A stretch of DNA of 64,000 nt. Origin: Longimicrobiales bacterium. Lineage in GTDB: Bacteria; Gemmatimonadota; Gemmatimonadetes; Longimicrobiales; Gaopeijiaceae. Location: the NCBI GenBank assembly GCA_965116905.1, contig OZ220732.1:64001-128000 (forward strand), read 5' to 3'. Positions 32,311 to 41,089 of this stretch are shown here, in pieces. Position numbers and translations under genes: made by a program. Numbering within the stretch: the stretch's first letter is position 1; each line of letters starts with the position of its first letter. Under the pieces are notes generated by a model. That model did no database searches. It was not told the DNA's origin and saw only the letters and a list, made by a program, of their open reading frames with translations.

Positions 32311-32737
32311 CGGGTGTCGTTCCTCGTCGTCTGAGGGTGCGCTCGGGCGCCGGTTTTGGCAGTTCCGGCGGGCCCGATTGAACTGGGGGACTGCAAAAGT
32401 TACCGGGATTACGGGAAAGGTGCAAAACGCCAGCAGGCAAGCCTGTGAGACCAGCGAAACAAGAGCCCCGGACTGTAAAGTAATGTTTACATAATGGAAA
32501 TCAGAGTTTCCATTTTGACTTTGCCTGGGACGGCAGTCACGGCAACGCGCAGCTACCCGCGCCGGCCTGCGGCAACTTCCGGCGGTGACTCTCCGTATCT
32601 GATGTTATCGCACCGGGTCTTCCGCCCGGAGAAAACGCGGCGAATCCGGCGCGCCGGAATTCGCGCAACAGTCGGACAATGCTACACTAAGATGCTGCCG
32701 AGCCCACACTTGGTAATCCTCACACCAGGGGACACCC

Positions 32738-34264
32738 ATGGCGCCAACGCCGACCGCCTCATCTCTGGTTGAACGATTCAGGCTCAAGGAACGCGGTCGG
32801 GAACGCGGTCATGAAGGCCAGCCACACCCCAGCCAGCCGACGCTCGACAACGTGGAGACCGAGGTTGTGGCCTACTGCGACGACCTGTACGCAAACAGGC
32901 GCAACGAGTACCACCGCCACCGCTCCGCGCTTGAGGAACGCTTGCGGCCGCCACCTGCCAACCGTGGCGCCGACCCACTTGTCGAAAAAGCTTGCAAGGA
33001 GATGAAGGACGCCGTCGCCGAGGAGCGTCCGGACCTTGCGGGCCTGGCCAGGGAGGCCCAGCACGCGATTGGCGAGGTCAACCGCTTCAGGCGTGACGAA
33101 GCGCGGACGGCAGACGCCGACTTCCCCGAAAGCCGCGGCTGGCACTGGGGACTGCTCGTCGCTCTGATCGTTGTCGAGACTCTCGTAAACGGACTGTTCT
33201 TCGGGGCCAACGTGGAAGGTGGGCTGCTGGCCGGCACCAGTTACGCGGTCCTGATCAGTGTCGTGAACGTGGGTGTGCTCGGCTGGCTGATCGCCGCCCT
33301 GGTGCGCCTGATTCACCACCGTGACCCCCGCCGGAGGGTAGGCGGGTTGGCCGCGCTGACGGTGGTCGCCGCGGTCGCGGTCACCTGGAACCTCTTCGTT
33401 GCCCACTACCGGGAGGCGCTGCCCCCGGACTACCCCGTACCGCCCGATACGACCATGGTCGCGCAGCAGTCTGCGGTCCCTCAGGTCCCGCCTGACGCGT
33501 CTCCGCTCGAGCCGGGTCCGGTCGGAGAACCGCCAGCGGATCAGACCGGCGCTCAGGTGCCCGCCGCCGACTCCGTGCCCGAAACCTGCTGGCGCGGGCC
33601 CGACGAGACCCACGCCGACCAGGAGGCTCTCTGCCTGTTCCGGGCAAGTCCGTTCGGGCTGACCGGGTTCTACTCGTGGATGCTTCTGCTGATCGGGCTC
33701 GCCATGTGCGCGGCGGCCGCGATGGACTGGTTCAAGACGGACGACCCGTACCCGGGCTACGGGAAGCGGGAAAGGCGCCGGCGGAACACCGAGGAGCGGC
33801 TCCTCGACGACCGCCGCGAGCTTCTCGGTGATCTCAACGAGCTCCACGACGGTGCCGCGCGCAAGCTGCGCACCGATTTCCGAGACCCGGTCGAGGCACG
33901 GCAACTCGCCCTGAGTGACTTCAACAAGCTCGATGCCCGGCACACCGATCTGGTCGGCTTTGCGCGCGACCTCGAGAAGAGCTGCCGAGGAGCCCTGGAC
34001 ATGTATCGGACCGCAAACCGGGAAGCGCGGACTACCCCGGAGCCCCAGGTTTGGCAGACCCCGTGGGTGGCCGACTGGGATCTGCCGGAGCCACCGGACG
34101 GCTCCCGGCTGATGAGCGAAGCGGAGGCGGAGGAGCGCAGCCGGCACATGCATGAGGCGCTGGAGCAGCGTGAGAGCAGGCTGAGGGACTGCCACGACGA
34201 GTGCCGCGAGCTTGTGAACGAAATCACAAGACTGGACCCCCACGACAAGGCCGTCCCCACATGA
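32738..34264 (+). CDS. Uncharacterised multi-TM protein with helical N- and C-terminal domains
   Basis: About four hydrophobic segments, a Pro-rich loop with a Cys pair, charged helical flanks; ATGA-coupled to the next gene. Confidence 0.8.
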   Translation: MAPTPTASSLVERFRLKERGRERGHEGQPHPSQPTLDNVETEVVAYCDDLYANRRNEYHRHRSALEERLRPPPANRGADPLVEKACKEMKDAVAEERPDLAGLAREAQHAIGEVNRFRRDEARTADADFPESRGWHWGLLVALIVVETLVNGLFFGANVEGGLLAGTSYAVLISVVNVGVLGWLIAALVRLIHHRDPRRRVGGLAALTVVAAVAVTWNLFVAHYREALPPDYPVPPDTTMVAQQSAVPQVPPDASPLEPGPVGEPPADQTGAQVPAADSVPETCWRGPDETHADQEALCLFRASPFGLTGFYSWMLLLIGLAMCAAAAMDWFKTDDPYPGYGKRERRRRNTEERLLDDRRELLGDLNELHDGAARKLRTDFRDPVEARQLALSDFNKLDARHTDLVGFARDLEKSCRGALDMYRTANREARTTPEPQVWQTPWVADWDLPEPPDGSRLMSEAEAEERSRHMHEALEQRESRLRDCHDECRELVNEITRLDPHDKAVPT

Positions 34265-35079
34265 GACGGCACCGGCGCAGACGCGCGAACAAGCAAAAAA
34301 ACCTTGCCGGGGCGGTCATCGGCGTAGTCGCCGCGCTCATTCTGATCGCCCTCTTCGTTCGCGGCCAGCGCCCGCGGCGCGCATTCGACGCCGCCAACTG
34401 TCCCGAAGACGGCCGGTACGCCGCGCAGATCGCGGTCCTGGTGGACCCCTCCGACACGCTCACCAACGTGCAGGAGGGCTCGGGTGCACCCCGGGTCCTG
34501 GAGCTCATTCAGAACGGCGCGCCCGAGACGGCCGAAATACGGATCTACACCGTCGGGCAGGCCGGCAGGGGCAACACGGGCGCCGTGCTCAGGGTGTGCA
34601 AGCCGGCTCACCCGGACGATGTCTCTTCGGTGACGGGCAATCCGCAGTTGGCGGAGCGGCGGTACCGCGACGAGTTCCTGGCCCCGCTCGAGCGCACGCT
34701 GGACGCGCTGCTCAACGTCGCGGGCGACTCGATCTCGCCGATCGTGGAGGGAATACAGGTCGCCGCGGTAGGGGCATTCCAGCCCCGCGCAGCCGACATC
34801 CCGCGCCAGCTCTTCGTCGTGTCCGACATGATCCAGAACTCGCGCAACCTCTCGTTCTACAGCGATCCCGTGGATTTCGGCCCGCTCTCGCGCACGCCGG
34901 ACTACGGCACCCTGCGCGTCGACCTCTCCGGCGTCGAGGTTTCGGTGTTCCTGCTCGCGCGCCGGGGTCGGGCCGGGCGAATCCAGGGCGGGACGCTGCG
35001 CGGCTTCTGGGAGGACTATTTCCTGGACCAGGGAGCGTCGCCGCTCGCCCGGCCCAGGTGGATCATGGTCGAAGGATGA
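34261..35079 (+). CDS. Membrane-anchored VWA-like protein
   Basis: Arg-rich N-terminus plus TM; VLVDPSDT, SPIVEGI, FVVSDMIQNS (MIDAS-like). Confidence 0.7.
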   Translation: MRRHRRRRANKQKNLAGAVIGVVAALILIALFVRGQRPRRAFDAANCPEDGRYAAQIAVLVDPSDTLTNVQEGSGAPRVLELIQNGAPETAEIRIYTVGQAGRGNTGAVLRVCKPAHPDDVSSVTGNPQLAERRYRDEFLAPLERTLDALLNVAGDSISPIVEGIQVAAVGAFQPRAADIPRQLFVVSDMIQNSRNLSFYSDPVDFGPLSRTPDYGTLRVDLSGVEVSVFLLARRGRAGRIQGGTLRGFWEDYFLDQGASPLARPRWIMVEG

Positions 35080-36458
35080 CGCCCGCTCCCGCGTACCGGC
35101 TCGCCTCAAACTCCGAAGACGCTCGCAGGCAGCACCGCGACGCCTGGCTGATCGTACTGGCCATCGGCTGCGCGATCATCGTCTTCGGGAATCTCTTCGG
35201 CATCGGGGCCTGGTGGCTCGCATCGGCCGTCGCCGTGTGCATGGTCATCTATGGGTTCGGCATCCAGATCTACGTCGACGACGGCGACGTGCCCGGCGAC
35301 ATCAAGGGCGACTCGATCTACTACCTGGGCCTCCTCTTCACCTTTGCGGCCCTGGTCGCGGCCCTCATCACCTTCGACTGGGGCGCGGCGGGCACGGATG
35401 CAGACGGCACCACCGGATCCATCCGGAACTTCGGCATCGCGCTGCTGACGACGATCGTGGGATTGGCGGGCCGCGTCTGGTTCACGATGTCGCAGGAGTC
35501 GCCCGGAGACATCGCGGACACCGCCAGGTCGGAGCTGGAAGAGACGGTATCCCTGATGAAGGAGAGTCTCGACCGGGCGCGCGACGACCTGGACATCATG
35601 GCGAACAAGTTCCGGGACTCGTCCGCGGGTCTCGCGAAGACGGCCGCAACCATCGTGGAGAGCACAAAGAGAACGGCGGGAACGTACCAAGCGCTGGACG
35701 CGTACACCGGTCAGGTCGCCGGCGCTGCGGAGTCGCTCACCCATCAGATGGACCAGTTGAAGGGCGTGTGCGGCTTGTGCGCCAGCGCTCTCCTCTCGTT
35801 GCAGGAAACCGCAAGGGAGCTGGGGACCCATTTGGACGACGTGCCGGCCCGCCTCGGGAGTCATTTCGACAGGGCCCAGGCCCAACTCAAGAAGGCGGAA
35901 GCCACCTTCGACGGGATCAACAGGGTGGCAGGCCCCGCCGCGGAGCGAGTCGCCGATACGTTGCGGGGGGTGGAGGGCACCGCCGCCGCCGCGTCCGCGC
36001 TCGGCCGGTCCCTTTCGGGCATGCGCGGAAGTGCCGAGCAGGCCGGGAAGGCGCTCGCGGGCATCGCCGATGCGGTGGACAGTCACGAGGCTCTTCCCCT
36101 CTGGCAGGAGTCCGTGGACCAACTGCACGAAGGGACCCGGGGCATCCGTGGCATTGCCAGGCGCGCGGCCGAAATGAACGCCGAGTTCGAGGAGCTCAAG
36201 GCATCCCTGCGGGCCGCCCGCGAGGGGCTCGCGTCCGTCCCCGGCTCAGCCCGCTCGATCACCGAGCAGCTCGACCGAACGAGGCCGGATCTGACCACGA
36301 GCCTGGCGCCGCTTCACGCGGTGGCGCAGGACCTGCACGCCGAGCCGTCGGCCGAGCCGGCCAGCCGGATCCGGCGGGCGATGGCAGCGCCTCGGCGGGC
36401 GGTGGCGGGTACCTGGCGGGCGTGGAAGCGGGTGACCGCATTCCGGCGGCAGCACTGA
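35076..36458 (+). CDS. MotA/TolQ/ExbB/ZorA-like membrane protein with a long helical tail
   Basis: YLGLLFTFAAL...FGIALLTTIVGL helix pair, then over 300 aa of Ala-rich helical sequence; ATGA overlap at 35076. Confidence 0.72.
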   Translation: MTPAPAYRLASNSEDARRQHRDAWLIVLAIGCAIIVFGNLFGIGAWWLASAVAVCMVIYGFGIQIYVDDGDVPGDIKGDSIYYLGLLFTFAALVAALITFDWGAAGTDADGTTGSIRNFGIALLTTIVGLAGRVWFTMSQESPGDIADTARSELEETVSLMKESLDRARDDLDIMANKFRDSSAGLAKTAATIVESTKRTAGTYQALDAYTGQVAGAAESLTHQMDQLKGVCGLCASALLSLQETARELGTHLDDVPARLGSHFDRAQAQLKKAEATFDGINRVAGPAAERVADTLRGVEGTAAAASALGRSLSGMRGSAEQAGKALAGIADAVDSHEALPLWQESVDQLHEGTRGIRGIARRAAEMNAEFEELKASLRAAREGLASVPGSARSITEQLDRTRPDLTTSLAPLHAVAQDLHAEPSAEPASRIRRAMAAPRRAVAGTWRAWKRVTAFRRQH

Positions 36459-36474
36459 CCTCGGGCCCCGACGA

Positions 36475-37689
36475 ATGCTGCCCGCCGAGAAGAAGCACTA
36501 TCGCAAGGGGTTGGCGCTGGGGCTGACCCTGGCCGAGACGTTCAGCATCGTCGTCTTCATCCTGTTGCTCGCGTGCGCCGTCCTGCTCCGCTTCGAGCAA
36601 TTCCAGCGGGACACGGCCGAAGCGCAGCTCGACACCGCCAGAGTCGATCTCCACCTCACCCAGGAACTGCTGAACACGGAGACCGTTTCCTGGGGCAACG
36701 CGCACGCCTGGTACGAATACGCGCGGCAGCTTCGCGACACCGTGGAAGCGCTGCAGGCCCGGGTGCTTGACGCCGAGCGCGCGCGAGACCAGGCCAGCAT
36801 ACGCGTAGCGCAGGCAGACTCACTGCTGGCCGAAAACGGCATATCGGAAGAGGTCGCGGACCGGGCCGCGCGCCTTGCAGGCGAACGCGATTCACTGAGG
36901 GCCGCCGCGGCAGAGAGCGACCGGCGTCTGCGGGAGGCGACCGCCCTGCGAGACTCGCTCGCTCAGCGCCTGGCCGATACGGAAAGGGTCGCCGACGAGC
37001 TTCGCGACGGTCTCGCCGGGGCCAACGGCCTGACTCCAGAGGAAGCCGAAGGCATCATCGGACAGGCGGCACGGTCCGCCGACCTGCGCGACTCGCTGGA
37101 CGCAGCCAAAAGGACGATCGGAGCCCTCGATCAGCAACTCAGGGCCGCCAGGGCAGAGATGCTCGCAGACCCCGATTCGCTTGTCGACTCACTCCGTGCC
37201 GGCCTCAGCGAGAGCCGCTTCCGCGAGGACACGTTGCGCAGCCGGGTCTGGGACGCCGAACGCGAGCGGAACGACGCCGTCGGGAGGGCCGAATACAGGG
37301 AGGCCCAGCTCGAGCAGCTTCGCCAGGGCAGCGGAATCGATCCCCCGCCCTGCTGGCTCGACCCCGAGGGCAATCCCGAGTACATCTTCCGGATCGAGCT
37401 GACCGACGGCGGCATGCGCCTGTTCGGAATCGCCCCCGGACACAGGATCACCGGCGACCCCGAGGCCGCGGGGTACGCTGCCGCGATCGAGGACGGCCGG
37501 GAGTACGCGTCGGCGGAGTTCCTGCGCCTCACCCAGCCCTTCTACACCCTGGGTGTGTCCCGAACCCAGGCCTTTGGCCCGATGGGGTGCCGCTTCTGGA
37601 TCCGGCCCGTCGACCGGACCGGCGACCGCAAGGATGTCTTCCAGGAGCGGCAGGATCAACTGTGGCGGCGGTTCTGGTTTCGGTGGTAG
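36475..37689 (+). CDS. MotB/ZorB-like single-TM coiled-coil protein with an unrecognised C-terminal domain
   Basis: LTLAETFSIVVFILLL N-terminal TM with an acidic residue; long coiled coil; DPPPCW...GCRFW domain. Confidence 0.65.
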   Translation: MLPAEKKHYRKGLALGLTLAETFSIVVFILLLACAVLLRFEQFQRDTAEAQLDTARVDLHLTQELLNTETVSWGNAHAWYEYARQLRDTVEALQARVLDAERARDQASIRVAQADSLLAENGISEEVADRAARLAGERDSLRAAAAESDRRLREATALRDSLAQRLADTERVADELRDGLAGANGLTPEEAEGIIGQAARSADLRDSLDAAKRTIGALDQQLRAARAEMLADPDSLVDSLRAGLSESRFREDTLRSRVWDAERERNDAVGRAEYREAQLEQLRQGSGIDPPPCWLDPEGNPEYIFRIELTDGGMRLFGIAPGHRITGDPEAAGYAAAIEDGREYASAEFLRLTQPFYTLGVSRTQAFGPMGCRFWIRPVDRTGDRKDVFQERQDQLWRRFWFRW

Positions 37690-37897
37690 GGGGGCTTGTC
37701 ATCATTGAGATCTGAGCGCTGATCGTTCGTTTTTCAATGATGAACCCCCGCGAGCGCATCTTCTGGCCCCCGTTGACCGCTGGCCGCAAAAAAAAAGGTG
37801 AATACCCTCCAGCCCGCGTGCGTATTTCGTAGACAGACCTGACGCGAAACGGGCTCGCCCGACTTCCGCGCCCGAACGCGCAACCCGGAGGACCCGC

Positions 37898-38170
37898 ATG
37901 GCCGACTCCAGCAAGTGCCAGGAGAGCGGGAACATCGCGCGTGACACCGTCCGCCGGCACCTCAAGTCCAAGCGGGGGCGCGGTGGTCCGGGCTTCCTCT
38001 CGCTCCTCGCCCTGCTCTTCATCGGGCTGAAGCTGACGGGTCACATCGAATGGTCGTGGGTCTGGGTGCTCTCGCCCCTCTGGTTCAAGATCCTGTTCGC
38101 GCTGCTGATGGTCGTGGCGGCAGTAGGCATTCACAAGAAGACGGGATGGAAGCCCTCCGGGAAGACCTGA
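37898..38170 (+). CDS. Small membrane protein (LKL..I.WSW.WVLSPLW motif, Fragile-X-F/TMEM185-like, common in phages)
   Basis: GGAGG RBS; LFIGLKLTGHIEWSWVWVLSPLW. Confidence 0.75.
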   Translation: MADSSKCQESGNIARDTVRRHLKSKRGRGGPGFLSLLALLFIGLKLTGHIEWSWVWVLSPLWFKILFALLMVVAAVGIHKKTGWKPSGKT

Positions 38171-38257
38171 AAAGTCCCCTGAGGGGTCCGTGGACGACCT
38201 CGCGCGAGCACGGAGAGTGGTGAGGCCACGCCAAGCTCACCGACTCGACACTTGTCG

Positions 38258-38626
38258 TTAGTCTCGCAAACTCGCGATTTGTCCACTCAGGTCGCTTCGC
38301 AACGTCCCCATTTGGCCAGTCAGTTCCGAACGGACCTGCCCGATTTCCAGGCGCAGTTCCTTTCTCAGGTCCGCAATCAGATCGCGCGTTTCGATCCGGG
38401 CATCCTGGATCTCGAGCCGGACATCCTGGATCTCGAGCCGGGTCTTCTGGATCTCGAGCCGGGTTTCAATCCGGAATTCCTGCAGCTCCCCTCGCAGATC
38501 CGCGAGCGCCTGGGACAGCGTCCAGACGCCGCCCCCTACCGTGACCGCCACGACCAGGACGAAGTGCCCCAGTTGAACGGGTTGGCTGAGTCTCGGCACG
38601 ATCGCCGCCCTCACCCCCTCCTCCAT
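38258..38626 (-). CDS. TM plus heptad coiled-coil protein with 21-bp repeats
   Basis: GGAG RBS; RLEIQ x3 encoded by 21-bp tandem repeats at 38399-38461. Confidence 0.65.
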   Translation of the reverse strand: MEEGVRAAIVPRLSQPVQLGHFVLVVAVTVGGGVWTLSQALADLRGELQEFRIETRLEIQKTRLEIQDVRLEIQDARIETRDLIADLRKELRLEIGQVRSELTGQMGTLRSDLSGQIASLRD

Positions 38627-38732
38627 GAAGCTCCTCCCGCGCTGCCGCCGGGAATCCGAAGACCCGGCGAGCGCACTCCGCCGCCCGCACCCTCCCTCGA
38701 CTCACAACTTGACCGCAAACGTCCCCGAAGCG

Positions 38733-40460
38733 CTACCCTTCCACCGTGAAGTGGAACATCATGCCCGCGCTAAGGTGCTCGGCGATGTGGCAATGCAGCA
38801 TCCAGTCGCCGGGGTTCGACATCTCCACCAGGATGTCCATGGTCGAGCCGACGGGCAGGATCGCGGTGTCCTTCCAGACCAGGTTGTCGTTGGGAACGTC
38901 GTCGCGGGCGAGCACTACGAACCGCTGCCCGTGCACGTGGATGGGGTGGTTCATGGGGTGGAAGGAGTCGGGCGAGTTGAAGACGCGGATCTTCACGAGG
39001 TCGCCCCTCTGGAAGGTCCAGTGGATATCGGCGTTTTCGCGGCCGGTGGCGAGGTCCCGCAGGACCCAGGTGACCTGCGTGCCCGACGACAGCCAGTTCA
39101 TCATGGGCATCGCGTCGTTCCACTCCATGGGAGGGATATAGAGCGTGTCCATCTCCATCGAGCGGATGATCGGGAGCGGGAGCCCCTGGACCCGTACGGT
39201 GGCCTCGAGAGTGTAGTCCGGCGCACGGCCCGCGTGCACGCGCATGGCCACCACCTCGGCCGCCACCTCTTCGATGCCGCGCAGCGTCTCGTACGCCTCC
39301 GTGACCTCGTCGGCGACCGGCGGCCCGGCGACCGTGACCCGCGCCAGGGTGTCCACGTGCGGGTAGAACTCGCCCCGGAAGTGGTTGATGGCCTGGATCG
39401 TATTCGCGATCGCCACCTCACCCTCCTCCGGGAAGACCACGTCCACCACGTACCGCTCGGCCGGCGCGATCACCACGCTCGACACCCAGTCCTCGCGCTC
39501 GAAGCGGCTCACGTCCGACGCGACCAGCTTCACGCGCCCCGACCCGAAAGTGACGTTGAAGGTGCGGGTGTTGGCGACGTTGGTCATGAAGAAGCGAACG
39601 ACCTCGCCCGGGCGGACCTGGAGCCCGTGTCCCGTCACGCCATTGACAAGCATCACGTTGCCGAAGCGCCCCATGAGCGCGTGGGTCGGCGCTTCCATTC
39701 CCCACGGGATCAGACCCTGGTCGTCCATCAGGATGTCGTCCAGGACCAGCATCTCCTCGCGGTGGGCGGGGCCATAGTAGTCCGGGTCGGGTGACGAGAC
39801 GAGAAGGTTGCCGTAGAGGCCCAGGTCCTGCTGCACGTCCTCGCGCATGTGGGGGTGGTACCAGAACATCCCCGCGTCGGGGACGTGCAGTTCGTAGGTG
39901 AACGACTCGCCGACCTCGATGGGGTCCTGGGTGAGCGTCTCGACGCCGTCGAAGCGGTTCTCGAGGCGGAGGCCGTGCCAGTGCACGGTGGTGGGGCTCT
40001 CGATCCGGTTGGTCACGCGCACCACGACCGTCGAGCCCTGCGGCGCTTGGATCAGCGGCCCGGGATACTGGCCGTTGTAGCCGTACATCGCCGCCGTGTG
40101 GCCGTTCAGCGTGCGCCGCACGATGGTGACATCGACATCGAAGGTGTCGCCCGCCGCCAGGTGCACGACCTCGCTGGGCCGCGCCTCGGGCAGGGTCATG
40201 ACGTCGATCCCCGCCGCCGCGAGGAAGGGCTCGACCGGCGGCAGCGCCATCTCCAGACCCGGGATCATGGGCATGTTCGGGTCCATGGGGGGCATGCGCC
40301 AGCCGCCACCCATGTCATGCATCATGTGGGCGGCGTGGTCCATCTCCTGGGCGGCAGCGGGCGGCACCGCGAGAAAGAGGACGGTGCCGGGCGCGACAAG
40401 GAGGACGGCCGTCGCGGCCGCGCGGAGCACGGCGGCCGCAGGCGCAACAACCCTACTCAT
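38733..40460 (-). CDS. Multicopper oxidase with Met/His-rich N-terminus
   Basis: HWHG, WYHPH, HPIHVHG, HCHIAEHLSAGM. Confidence 0.95.
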   Translation of the reverse strand: MSRVVAPAAAVLRAAATAVLLVAPGTVLFLAVPPAAAQEMDHAAHMMHDMGGGWRMPPMDPNMPMIPGLEMALPPVEPFLAAAGIDVMTLPEARPSEVVHLAAGDTFDVDVTIVRRTLNGHTAAMYGYNGQYPGPLIQAPQGSTVVVRVTNRIESPTTVHWHGLRLENRFDGVETLTQDPIEVGESFTYELHVPDAGMFWYHPHMREDVQQDLGLYGNLLVSSPDPDYYGPAHREEMLVLDDILMDDQGLIPWGMEAPTHALMGRFGNVMLVNGVTGHGLQVRPGEVVRFFMTNVANTRTFNVTFGSGRVKLVASDVSRFEREDWVSSVVIAPAERYVVDVVFPEEGEVAIANTIQAINHFRGEFYPHVDTLARVTVAGPPVADEVTEAYETLRGIEEVAAEVVAMRVHAGRAPDYTLEATVRVQGLPLPIIRSMEMDTLYIPPMEWNDAMPMMNWLSSGTQVTWVLRDLATGRENADIHWTFQRGDLVKIRVFNSPDSFHPMNHPIHVHGQRFVVLARDDVPNDNLVWKDTAILPVGSTMDILVEMSNPGDWMLHCHIAEHLSAGMMFHFTVEG

Positions 40461-41070
40461 ACCCGTAGGCGGCGCAGTTCTTCTCTTCGAAGGGGCCGTG
40501 GCCGGCCATGGTGTGCATCATGCCGCTGCGGGACATGCCGCGGATGACGATCGGGCCCGTCCACATGGTCGCGTCGGGGTCGAAGGCGGGTTCCAGCGTG
40601 ACAACCACCAGGAACTTGTTCCAGGCGACCTGGCCGGAGAAGCCTGCCGGGTCGGTCAGCTCGCCGGCCAGCGCGATCCGGTCCAGTTCGGGGGTGGTCG
40701 TCCACACCACGTAGGTACCGTCGCGGGCCGGGCCCAGACGCTCGAAGCGGACCGTGAAGTCGTACCGGTAGCTGCCGTCCTCGCCCAGCGCGACGCCGTA
40801 CGGCGAATGAGCGAAGGCGACCTCGCCGACGCCGGCGGCGTTGCCGGTACCGGGAACCCGCCTGGTGGAGACCATGGGGAACTGGTAGTACTCCGGGCCG
40901 GTGCTGGCGGCCGCGAACGCGCCGCAGACGCCGACGCCCCCCGCCACCTCGGCCGGCGAGTCGGCCACCCGCGGGCCACCTTCGGCGTTCCGGACGGGCG
41001 CCGCGACGACGAGCAGCGCCGCCAGCGCCGCGAATCCTCCCGGTGCCCCGGGTCCGGTCATCGTCATCAT
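40453..41070 (-). CDS. Secreted hypothetical protein with a Met/His-rich C-terminus
   Basis: Signal-like N-terminus; GMSRSGMMHTMAGHGPF; overlaps the MCO start. Confidence 0.75.
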   Translation of the reverse strand: MMTMTGPGAPGGFAALAALLVVAAPVRNAEGGPRVADSPAEVAGGVGVCGAFAAASTGPEYYQFPMVSTRRVPGTGNAAGVGEVAFAHSPYGVALGEDGSYRYDFTVRFERLGPARDGTYVVWTTTPELDRIALAGELTDPAGFSGQVAWNKFLVVVTLEPAFDPDATMWTGPIVIRGMSRSGMMHTMAGHGPFEEKNCAAYGYE

Positions 41071-41089
41071 CCTGCTCCTGCCCCGCCGG

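Noticed and set aside
34596..35075. N-terminal extension of ORF 34596..36458
   Set aside because: It overlaps the VWA-like gene; the ATGA-coupled start at 35076 is far more plausible
35076..36458. Methyl-accepting chemotaxis protein
   Set aside because: The helical tail lacks the LLALNAAIEAARAGE hairpin motif; the TM region fits MotA/ExbB better
32738..37689. Canonical Zorya type I or II
   Set aside because: No OmpA domain in the B-like subunit and no ZorC/ZorD/ZorE-like genes adjacent
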